Positions 1 through 12,500 of a stretch of DNA of 64,000 nt are shown here, one piece after another; positions within the stretch are counted from its first letter, which is position 1; each line of letters begins with the position of its first letter. The position numbers and the translations under genes are program-made. A model generated the notes under the pieces. It was not told where the DNA came from. It saw only the letters and a program-made list of their open reading frames with translations, and ran no database searches. Source of the DNA: Bugula neritina (lineage: Eukaryota > Animalia > Bryozoa); contig OZ037771.1 of NCBI GenBank assembly GCA_964035545.1, forward strand, positions 2,367,628-2,431,627. Direction: 5' to 3'.

Positions 1-505
1 TTTGATTTGACCGGAAACTGTTCGTATAGGCTAGTTTCTTTTCAATGCTCGGCGGGAGTTATCCTCTGAAAAGAGCGTTAGGGGTTTTCTGCCCTGTTAG
101 TTTTCAAACATTTAGAGCTTAATCTCATAGTTTTAAATAACTAAGTATTTATTTTTGTAAAAAAAAGTGTTTTGTTTTAAATTTTCATTTTACTTTTCAA
201 TTAGATAGGTCACTAATTGAATATCTGCAGAAAACATTTCACAGTTTTACGCCGCCAGCATTCGGGTATCCTATTGGCTAATCTCAGTGGATTTATTTAT
301 GAGCTGCTATAGGAACGGACATTCATTGTATAATCTGGTAGTTAGAGCACTTGTTGAATAGCGATAACGAGTGAATAAGTGCAGCACATCTACTTTGCGC
401 TACTGTGCGGTCGCTTTGGATACTACATTAAAGTAATTGTTCTATCTAATTATTCATTTTCTTCACAAGCTTTTCACTAAATGGTATTATTCAAGAAATT
501 AACAG

Positions 506-591
506 ATGTCTGTTGAGCCAGTGTGTATTGGTGACAGCATCTGTCTGTATTCGGAAGAAACAGATGGATTTATCTATTCTCTTCAAAGCAG
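506..591 (+). CDS. ITPR: ITPR-like exon 1 ([28 protein letters not shown])
   Basis: ATG 506 with in-frame TAA at 500-502; ends AG|gcaagt (GC donor), phase 2 matches exon 2. Confidence 0.85.
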
Positions 592-3500
592 GCAAGTCAT
601 TCACTTTCACTTTCAGTTTCACTGTCATATTTAGATTGTTGGGCTCATTTAGCCGTACTTTTAGCTATATAAGTGTGAAAAAGAGCAAATACTGTCTCCT
701 TGTAGTTAAGGCTGATAATTTAACCTATTTTGGTCTACCTTTTCTTTAAGCAGTAAAATGATTAAAACTTTCTCCATGGTAATTTAGCATAATATTTTTC
801 TCATTCTGATCAACTAATTGTTTGATTATTTGTTCATTCAATAAATATTAAATTAGAAGTTTTTTTTACAAACTTTAAACCCATTTGAAGATAACCTTTA
901 TTACTGCACTCTCATACTAACCGTAACTGTGACCAACTGTGGGTTCATTGATAGTCATAGTGATAGTGTATACCCTGTAGTGGTAATCACTCACTATGAC
1001 TATAGAATTCCAATATCAATATGGTAGTAAAGTGCACTTTTTCAAATTTTGTCTATATAGCAATACCAACAAATGAATCTTACTAAATATATTCTGTATT
1101 GTTATCGATTGTTGTAAGAAATATTTAATATATTATTTTTCTTATAGTTATTAGCATTTTATTCGTTTTATTGTAATATTTAGTAAAACTTAAATTTAAA
1201 GGCTGTTTGTCAAGCAATCAATAATCAATAATGCATAGTATTAGTTAATGAGTGAATTTCATCTATAATAACATGTTTAACCGCTTTCTCATATACCCCT
1301 CTCTAACAGCAATTTATGCAATCGACAATTATGGAATCTCAGTATTTTTATTTACCAGGGATATATTTTAGTCACTCCTATTTTACAAATATGTTATATC
1401 ACGGGCCTACGCGTTTGAGTTAAAATCATTCATGCTTTTTTCGTTACTTTCTCAGGCATGTCCAGAAATATAACGATTTTCTCTAAGCTACTCACTTGTG
1501 GCCAGACCTCTCAACTGCTCCACACTCTAATTCATAACTTTCAACTGCAAAATTGCAGTAATTGGAAATATCTTGTTGCCCAACTTAAATACCATTAAAT
1601 ACAAGATTACAATTGTCAGTTACACCATTAAACAGTTTATAAGGAAGACATGTTTTGCATACTTGTTAGGGTTCATATCTTTGGTCACAAGTCTGTAGAA
1701 TTTCACTAAAACTTAAATTAAATTAAATATAGATGAAATCCTAGTCATACTCATAAAGAGACCAACATAAATCCTGACAGTCAGTTTGGTGCATTAAAAT
1801 AGCAAGCAAGCATAAGAAAATTTCAGCTAAAATGTTCTACCACCCAACATACCTGTACAAAGAAAGAGATAATCTAACTCAAGCAATTAAACTTATAGAC
1901 TCATGCAACCGTATTGATAGAAGATAAAATACTCCATTGCTGAAATTATGTTTTGAATAGAATTAATTCTTATAGTTTTGCAGCAGGTTGACTGAAATTC
2001 AGTCGACAACGTTTTTAATCTACACGTGCTAGTAGGTAAATAAGCCAGTCACTCTCAGACATACAGCGTGCTAGAAGAAAAATTGGTTGCTATGACAACG
2101 TAACCACAGTTAGTTGATCATTTGAATAGACTAAAGGCTGCTGTCATCCACCATCTCCATCAATCAAAAATTCCCATGTTCTGTTCTGGTACAAGAGGAT
2201 TTGATAGACTTGATCCTCCTGAAGTCATAGCTTTACCTTCTGACATTATTTCAATTTGCAATGAACTAATTTTTCATCTTTTTCTATTTATAGTGATGTA
2301 TTCCCAGAGCTGGCTGTTGGGACAAGACAAGACAAAGTAAAACCGCTAATACCAGACTTACAAGGTAACCAGCTATCACCTCTACTAATTTTATTTTTCA
2401 CTTAGAGAAAGAAATTTGACAGATAGCGGAAAAAATGTCTAAAACTCCTAGCATGTTAGAATTAATTTGAAGAATAACTCAATGTCCAGCTGCCTTTTGA
2501 CTAGTTAAAAAATCAGTAAGATCAAAAGCTTACTATATTTGTGTTTTTGTATATTAGGGTCTGTGAAACTTTTTCCTATTTGTAATTGAACAGTTGCAGA
2601 ACCTTGTTGATTTCATTTTTATTATTAACTAATTTCTACCTGAGGTTACTCATTTTTTAAATGTTGTATTTTTTCAGAATTTTCTTTAATTTTTTCAAAA
2701 TTGAACAAGGCAAGATTCAATATCACCAAAACCAGTCATGGTGATTTTCCTCCAATTATGGAATTGTTTTTCGGCACGCTCACTCAGAAAACTAATTTCA
2801 GTTGCCTGTTTTGTGAGTGTAATGCGTATAATATAGCAACAATTGCTGCTAGACCAACCTAACTTAAACTAAGTATCAGTACAATGAACTACTAACTTAA
2901 TTTAACCAATAGTTTTTAACTTTGAGTTTTAGTCTTGCATGTTAATACGGTTATAAAAGAAATTAAATATCTTTCAATTATTTTCAATTTGACAATAGTT
3001 GCTCTTGTGTGCCTATTTGTTCAACAGGTACTTTGCCTCTTTGAATGCTTTACTCAAACTGTACTTTCTTAGTAGCTCTAAGCTTTATATGATTTTTGTG
3101 TTTGTTACAATTCATCAAGTTTTCAAGGTTGTAATTACCTCATTATGTTAAGCTAGACTAATGTTGGTGTGATTAATGTCGTCATAGGCCAATCCATTTT
3201 GATTCACCGACATCTCCGTGGTGTATTTCTGTGCCAACCTGAAAAGGGTTCTTTTCTGGCAGATTTTCGTAATTGCTTCAGGTTTACTTCTTGTGAAGTA
3301 GTAGCAAATGAACATAGTAACCGTCATTGAAGACTTAGGTCTGCTAACCTGTCTAGAATCAACCATATTTCTTTTAGAAGGTTTCTCAAATAGTGTAACT
3401 GGTTGTGTGTTGCCCACTATAAATAACTATTGACCCCATTAACTTCCTATTTATGTTTAGGTGACATACGTCAGCAGGCATTACTCATCTGCCTTGTGCT

Positions 3501-6500
3501 GACTATTAGATTTGTGGTCAGGTCATTGTGGTTGGGGTGGCTGTCATTCTTGCCCTACCTGTACGGGCTGGGTTGGTACCCTGAGGCTACCTAGTGAATG
3601 TTTACTATGTTTTGGGACACAATCATTGTGGTAATTTTTAGGGACAATAGTTGTTTATGCAATATGTTTTTGCCTGGTACAGTAACAACAACCAGAGTAT
3701 ATAAACACTTTACAAACTTAATACAATCAGTTGGCAGCACTCTTTAACAAAACTGTACTTATTATTTTATTCTTCTACTGGTTTGACAATATATTATTTA
3801 CTGGCACTGTTTATGAAGGACCCAAGAGGTTAGTTACTTTTATTCATATTATTATCTGAATTATTATTTTATAATAAATTTACTTTATGGTTTTTGTGAA
3901 CATTACTTTAATATTTTTAACCACATTTATATGCATGCAATCATTTATATATCTTTTGCCTTTCTTATGTAGTTTTTATCACAGCAAGTTTATCACAGCA
4001 AGTTTATCACAGCAAGTTTATCACAGCAAGTTTATCACAGCAAGTTTACCAACAAGTATAACCAATAAACTTCTGCGTTTGGAAATCCTGGTTTAATTCA
4101 TACGGGGCCAGTAACAGTAAAAACTCTAAGTCTGCACCGGAGTTCCAGGGCAACTCATCTCAAGTCTACAGTAGAAGATTAAGTCTACTTCAGAGTTCAC
4201 GGGCAACTCATCTCAAGTCTACAGTAGAAAGTTAAGTCTACTTCAGAGTTCACGGGCAACTCATCTCAAGTCTACAGTAGAAAGTTAAGTCTACTTCAGA
4301 GTTCACGGGCAACTCATCTCAGGTCTAGCACATCGGTTCAGTGCTAGGTCAAGTTAACGCTTCACACGTCACGTGGTTTTGTGATCGTATTCAGTCCATC
4401 GGGAAGCAATCAAACATTACTGGATTATATTTACACATCAGCAACCCCAGCTTCAATTCAACTCCACCGGAGACGGAAATCGCCCTGCTACCAAGCTTCT
4501 TATTGGTGAGTTACTGTTACCAGGCATTTTTTAGATTAGCTTAGTATTATTTTTTGTAATTGTAACTTTGATTGTGTCTCAACACTGGGGTGCATCTCAG
4601 GTAGCACAGGGGTACTCGGCCATCTTTGGTATTGGTGGGTGCAGTTTGCAGTTGCTCTTCTTTCACTTTGATAACCCATTTCTTGCTCGGCATCAGTCTT
4701 GTCTAATGTCTGTTTAGTATTTCATTGAGACAAAATAGGAACTTAACATTCGGATAGCAATTATATACATGATTTTAAGTTAGGGCACTAAAACATTAAA
4801 TTTACTATGGCCACACCTCCTATTGCTCCCCGCAGAAGCACTAGAATTAGGCAGCTGTCACTATCAGCTCAGCAACAATTAGTTAGCACTAGCAAAGCTA
4901 AAATTGATACACTAATTTCTAAATTTAACAGCTTGATTAAAAAGGAGCTTGATGATGATTTAATTGTGTTAATTAATAATTTGGCAGATCAAGCTAAATC
5001 TACCCTTGATAACCTGCTGACACAGGTCAGTGAACAAGATAACAGCATAGATTTTTATGTTCAACAAGTCAATATTATATGCAAGCGTGCTCATGACTTG
5101 TCTCTTACAGAGGCAGAGGGCACTATTTACAATACTGTCTTTGGCTCGTCAAATCATTCTCATATCTCTCTAGCTAATGAACAATTTGAGGCAGCTAAAA
5201 CTGCAATTGAACTTGAATCACTTGAAAGGCGCACAGCAATTCTAGCTAAACGTGAGCAACTAGAGTTGCAAACTCAAAAACTTAAGGATAAGCAGCGCTT
5301 GCAGCAGGCTAGGTTAGATATAATATACAGTCATGGATTAGATGAGAGAGATGAAATAGCTGCAAATCTTAGGGCCACGCAACTTGGTTCAACCCCTGTC
5401 CCTGCTGCACGTAGTAGTAGGGGAACTCCATCAATTTGCTCTCTCACTTCTGAAAATTTCACAGAATATATACAGCCATCTCCACGGCCCATCCCTAAGC
5501 CAAGGTTCAAACCACAACCCCTCCCACGCTCAAGTTCTTCAAAATCGTTGCCGGTTCCAAACCCTCCAGCCACAAATACACTAGATAGCGCTTACATGTT
5601 AGCAGAGTGTCTAACTAAAGCCCTAAACACTCAAAGGGCACCCATACCTGAGCCACCTGTTTTTAGGGGAAACCCATTAGAATACCCTACTTGGAAAGCT
5701 GCATTTACTTCATATATGGCACACATTAATGTCTCTAACGAAAGCAAGCTGCACTATCTTCTCAAGTATGTAGGCAATTCAGCTGCTGAGGCAATTACTA
5801 GCTATGCACTTGTACATGATCCAAAAGCATACAATACAGCAATTAACACACTTGATGAGCGTTTTGGGTCTAGCTATACTATTGCTGAAGCATTCAGAAA
5901 TAAATTAGACAGCTTTCAACGTTTTAAAGCTAATGATGCCTCTGCCTTGAGAAAATTTTCTGACTTTTTACTTCAATGTCAGTCAGCCATGGGCTCAGTT
6001 CATGAATTAGGAGTACTCAATGACCCTCATACCAGCGTAAACCTATGTCAGAAATTACCTGACTTTTTAGCCAACAAATGGAAAGAAAAAATAGTGGAAT
6101 TTAGGCAGAAATATGGAAAATACCCTCAGTTTTCAGAGTTCAGTAAGTTGGTGAAATATCATTCGGACATCCAAAATGACCCTGTAGTTCTAGGAATGAG
6201 TAAAGCGGCAAATAGCAGTTTAAGTAATTTACATCCTAGAGTAAACAAACCAGCTGACACTAGTCACAATAGAAATACATTTTTCACATCTAGAGCTAGC
6301 ACTTATTACTGTTCATATTGTGATGTACTAGGACACTCCCTCAGTAGGTGTAATTTGAAATTTGCAAAATTAAGTGCTCGTGATCAAGAAAGTTTTATCC
6401 GAAGCAATAATTTATGTTGGAAGTGCCTTAAGCCTGGTCATAGGTCTAACAAATGTACCACTGCATGCAAATGCCAAGTAAAGGGCTGTGGCAAGCAGCA

Positions 6501-9500
6501 TCCTACTTCAAGGCATTATCAAGTAGTTAGAACTTCATCATCTGACCAAGTCACTATGCATAGCACCTCTAATCATAGCCAGCCCAATACACCTTCACTC
6601 AATCATACTCAATCAGCCTCATCAGCTCATTTACAAACTTCTGTAGATCACACTATCACCAATAGCACAATAGGTGTCTCTCAAGTACCACATGCATCCT
6701 CAACTAAAACAGCTAACACACAAACTCTAACTAGAAACAAAGATGGTCTAAAATCAAGCATCATTCCAGTTTGGCTTTCCACTTCACCCAATTCAAATAA
6801 GGAACACCTTGTGTATGCTCTTCTTGATAATATGAGTGATACCACATTCATTAGTGACGAAGTAGCAGACATTCTAGATATACCTCATCAGTCTCTAGTA
6901 AATCTCAAAATCAACACAGTGAATCCAACCAATCATAACGCAAGCACACAAAGCAGATTGTTCAAAGAGTTGACTATAAAGGGCTTCTATGCTAATCAAC
7001 ATATTTCATTGGTAGATGTCTATACTATACCAGAAATTCCCTTAAATAGATCGCACATTCCAACTAAAGAATCAGCTGCTGTTTGGGATCATTTACAACA
7101 CATAGCTCATGAAATTCCAGAACTACAAAACTGCCCAATTGGCATGCTCATAGGGTATGACAACTCTCATGCCCTCATTCCTTTAAAGTCAGTAGCCGGA
7201 CCAAATTCTAGAGACCCATATGCGGTACAAACTCCACTAGGATGGAGTGTAGTAGGCGCTACTAATCCCCACATGAAACATGAAATTGTTAAGCTCTCAA
7301 ACTCCCCCCAAACTTCAGCAGACGTAAATGCAGTCTCATTTACATGCTTTTCCAAATCTATAAAACCCACCAGCGTTCTACACAAACTGCAACAAGATTT
7401 TAGAGAAAATCAGACTATCAGCACTCGGCTTGCTCTTTCCAAAGATGATAAGCAATTTTTATCCACACTACAAACTGGCATTTCTCAAACTGAAGATGGC
7501 ACGCCTTTGACTCCTAACCATTCTCTAGCTATGAAATCGAAAATTATTTTTCCTCCACCTGGTCAGTTTGATGAAAGTGGTACATATTCTCGAAAGCGCT
7601 GGCGTGTGGTTCAAAGCCTCGCAAATCAATTTTGGTCAAAATGGCGCGAGAGCGCGGTACAAAAATTAGTCATGCTCTTCAGGCCTTAAATCAAACATTA
7701 AACTTAATATAAATTCTCCATGCTTCTCAAATTATATGTATACATACAGCGATATAGTTACAGTAATTAATTTCCAGCTGCCGCAGCAAATTAAAGGGGG
7801 GAGTGTAACTGGTTGTGTGTTGCCCACTATAAATAACTATTGACCCCATTAACTTCCTATTTATGTTTAGGTGACATACGTCAGCAGGCATTACTCATCT
7901 GCCTTGTGCTGACTATTAGATTTGTGGTCAGGTCATTGTGGTTGGGGTGGCTGTCATTCTTGCCCTACCTGTACGGGCTGGGTTGGTACCCTGAGGCTAC
8001 CTAGTGAATGTTTACTATGTTTTGGGACACAATCATTGTGGTAATTTTTAGGGACAATAGTTGTTTATGCAATATGTTTTTGCCTGGTACAGTAACAACA
8101 ACCAGAGTATATAAACACTTTACAAACTTAATACAATCAGTTGGCAGCACTCTTTAACAAAACTGTACTTATTATTTTATTCTTCTACTGGTTTGACAAT
8201 ATATTATTTACTGGCACTGTTTATGAAGGACCCAAGAGGTTAGTTACTTTTATTCATATTATTATCTGAATTATTATTTTATAATAAATTTACTTTATGG
8301 TTTTTGTGAACATTACTTTAATATTTTTAACCACATTTATATGCATGCAATCATTTATATATCTTTTGCCTTTCTTATGTAGTTTTTATCACAGCAAGTT
8401 TATCACAGCAAGTTTATCACAGCAAGTTTATCACAGCAAGTTTATCACAGCAAGTTTACCAACAAGTATAACCAATAAACTTCTGCGTTTGGAAATCCTG
8501 GTTTAATTCATACGGGGCCAGTAACAAATAGTTTACTTGATAAAGTGCATGTCATTATCGTAATAAGCTTTCCTTTACAGCTTACAGCTGTGGTGAAATA
8601 ATTAATGTACAGCGTCTCCAGTAACTTGTATTTTGTTATCTTATTTACCCTTGTTTTTCCTTCATATTTTAGCTGTTAGTTTTGAAGTCTGCGTAGCAAA
8701 CAGATACAAACAAGACAAAGTTCTGCGAAAGTTGTTGGATAAGAAGGGTGGGCAGGACCAATACGCCCTTCAGAATGCATTTTCACAGGCTAAGGTAATC
8801 ACTTAAAAGGTCCTTTAGCACTAACTAACCATAAATCTCCGAATATTTGCAGTTATTTGTTTTAAAACTTTTATAAACCAAGTGAGCAAAATCAATTTAT
8901 TGATTGGCATTACAATAATCTATAGATGTTCAATTGGAACAAACTAGAATATTAAATTTCTTAACAATTAACTGTGCACTTCGGGATGCCATAAATATTG
9001 CAGTGAACTGACTATGCAATCATGAACAAACACAAACTAATTAAATTCCGCTTTAAGCAATCAATCAAATGATATTTAAATAAAGTCACTTAGCACAGTG
9101 CCAGCTGGCATGTACCATGTTTCACCAGATGAAAGTGAGTGGACAGAGAATGAAAAGGTGTGGCCTAAATATGCATTTGACCCACCATATGCTAAATAAA
9201 GCTATCTCATAAAGCATCAACTGTCAATCACTCAACTGGTACGCCATTTTCTTACCTTAGTTATGGGAAAACTATCAGTGAGTGAGTACCAGTGAAACTA
9301 ATAACTCCATTAAATTAAGTACTACTACTTTAACTAACTCTACAAACATCCACAGTGTACTAAGCTATACAAAAAATATTCAGATTAACTAATTCCTTTT
9401 AGACTTTCGTTAACAAAATAACTACTTAAGAGCAAATTTCTACAAAAGTTCAATAAAAAGGAATGCAGTGAAGGTTTCAATCCTTACCTATAACTTGGAT

Positions 9501-12500
9501 ACTACTACCGCCATTACTACTACCGCCACTCTGGGTGTAACATGTTAGGATAGCTGGTAATTTACTATTAAAATCATTTCAAACCACCTTCTATCCGGTC
9601 ACCAAATCTATCTAAAACTTCCATAGACTTTCATAATTCGGTAACTACTAGTTGAAGTAATATCAAGGGTATAGCCTATAAATACATATGGCACAATAAA
9701 TACACAACTGGGAGAAATACTTTTAAGAAAATAATTTTATTGTTTTTAACTTTAAAGCTATTTTTTATTTATTTCACAGCTCTAATTCAGTTAAATTATG
9801 TTTAAAACCTTGCAGTTGCTACTAGCATAATATACTTAAAGTTGCTTTACACTTTGCTTAACATTGCAACCAGTACACATATTTGACTTTTTGTATAATC
9901 AATTGAATGTATAGTTTTGTAAACCTGATATCATGATAGCGATTTTAAAAGGCTTAAGATTTGCACAATGCGCAAACACAATACTTGGTTATTATACTAA
10001 CTCTTTCAGTTTATAAACATTCAAACTTGAAATACAATGAGCTTTGATGAAAGAGATTTTCAAGTTTTAAAAATTATATAAAAACTAATCTTTCAACATA
10101 GTGAAAGCGGCCACATTTTTTATTTAATAATAGTAATCAGCTGTTCAATAATATTTATTAATCACTTCCTCTGAATGTGGTAGGCTTATAAAATTTCATC
10201 TGCGTCATGTCTTCAAAAATAGCTTTAGTAAAGATTAGCATTAATTTGTGGACCCTAGGCTAGTACTAGCATGACTAACGAATTACGCTGAGTCACGTAA
10301 ACATCTTAAATTAAATGTTATACCATCTGTGTAGTAAACAAATAATATATTATACATCTAAATCATCTTCCAATAATTATTTTAAGAGTTCAATAGAAAT
10401 TCTTTTGATGTAAATTAAATTCGGATTATTGTGCCAAAAACTTGATAATCCTCAGTTTTAGCTTGCCACAAAATTCGTTACATAGCAATTGTCAAAAACT
10501 TCAGGTAGTTAATTATACATGCAATAGTTGGAGACTATTTGCAGCAAAAATTGATTGAATAGTTGATTATCAGTAATTCACTTCTAACATCTCTGTAACT
10601 CCATTTTTACATGTTTTCGGAGGAGCAATTGAAAGAGAAGCTAAACCTCGTAATTACTTTTCTAGTGGGGTTACCAACAAAAATGGAGACTGTTGCTATA
10701 TTTCATTAGTAATGAAATGCTAATGGTAAACATAATAAAGTATTTTATTCATGTACCCACTTCTACGCTGGTCAAGTGAATTATAAACCTTTCTTTGGTT
10801 TGATGAATCCTCTCGTATTCATCTACTGCCCAGCACATTTCAAGAAATAGCCAAAAATCAGTGAACATTGTAGTTAATTCTGTCATTTGTCCTCATTTCA
10901 CTTTATCTGATGCAACTCAAAAGTCAAACATAAAAGATGCGATGTGACTCCATAAACGGTTGACTGCATTTCTTGAACAGAACATTCTAGATGCTAATCG
11001 GATAGGCTATTGCAGTCTGCCATGATTTTCTTAGTGGAGTCGGAGCTGTAGACCTAATGTGCTAATAGCTGTAGGTAAAGTTGGATGATTGCCCTAGATG
11101 TGATATAATTGAAATAAGTCAGACTAATATTAAAATGATGATGGTAGGTGAGTGATGGTCGAAGTATTAGTGTTGGTCACTCTTCACTCCCCTAGCCAAA
11201 CAGTCTAAAGTTCCATGATGAGTATATTTCCAGTACAGTCTAAGAAATTCTTCAACCTATTTTTATTATAGTATTGACAGCAATTGTAGCTAATTTCGAA
11301 GTCTCATCCCTGAAAAAAAAATCTGAAAATAGTATAGACAACTCCAACTTACAACAGTGCCTCTGTGGTCACTTCACTTGACATTTCGCTGCTTCAACAC
11401 TGTATGTTTTCTGTGTATAATAACGCAAGACTTTGCAGCTGAAGTTAGAAGAAAGAAAAGACGCATCATAAGTTATAAAATTACATAAAAAATTAGCATA
11501 AGCAGAACAAATAGATAAACAAAACGTTGAGGATATAATATACAGCACATCTTTGGATCTATTTTTATATATGAGAAAAATATATATGCACCTAAAACAG
11601 TTTCTTACTTTTTCTACCCTTTATAATTGAAGACTGATGTGCTAATATATTGTTGTTGTGGTTTATATTCTGAACTCACCTGTGCTTACAGGTAATAGTT
11701 ATAGAAGAGCAGAAATTCTAGTTGCAGTTTAAATCCATTATTAGAAATACTTGACCGAATTTAACTATTCGCTACTATGATAGATATCCACAAAATAAAT
11801 CAAGTGTGAAACTATTATTACAGTGGTCTATTTCATCCCACATCTTTATGCATATAATTTCAATGGATAATAATAATGGTGGTCCATCTATGTTTAATGT
11901 CCAAGTGTTTGTGTGCACTAAATATTATATGCTTCTTACACTCAAAAGGGATGATTTATATCTTATGTAATTGGGAATATATTCATTTTACTTGAACAAA
12001 ATGAGTTTGATGTTACTTGGGCAAAAATAATTGGAACCGTGTTATATATTATATCATATTGGCATTTATGTAAGGAATCTAAATATTTTGCAGTATATTG
12101 AAACACATCTATATTTTTACTGACACCTGTTTTGTTGCATGATTGCAGCTGGCAGCAAAAGCTGAAAATGATGACAACACAGTTGAGATGGTCAGGCAGA
12201 CAGGGAAAAAGCTTTTGTACGGCCAAACTATACAGGTTTGTGGGATTTCCTTGCATCCCAATAAAATAATTGTTTGTAACTCTACAATTGTGCCTGGGGT
12301 ATGATTCTTATTTATTACTTCAAATTGAAAAGCTCTAATTCTTTTGCTTTCAGTAAAATTTTATGAGTAGTCTTTTTTGATATCTCAGCAAAATACAGTT
12401 AAAATTTACTAAATACTAAATTTAGCCACTTTTGCTAAAAAATATCTTTCAAATTATATTTTAGATATAAGTTTTTGTTAAAGTAAGGAAATGTTAGCCG

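Larger units (their letters stand above)
3394..8526 (+). mobile_element. BEL/Pao-family LTR retrotransposon, non-autonomous (Gag-PR only), recent insertion in ITPR-like intron 2
   Basis: Two 723-bp LTRs (3394-4116, 7804-8526), TGTAAC...GTAACA, no difference seen by eye; 5-bp TSD AATAG (3389-3393, 8527-8531); purine tract AAAGGGGGGAG before the 3' LTR; BEL-type ORF. Confidence 0.95.

Noticed and set aside
1-505. Promoter of the ITPR-like gene
   Set aside because: Somewhat more CpG and a CCGGAA motif, but no TSS evidence; the CAG before the ATG could equally be an acceptor for an upstream non-coding exon.
3887-4096. 69-aa ORF, repeated at 8297-8506
   Set aside because: Lies in the LTR and is kept open by the 14-bp repeat; no protein features.
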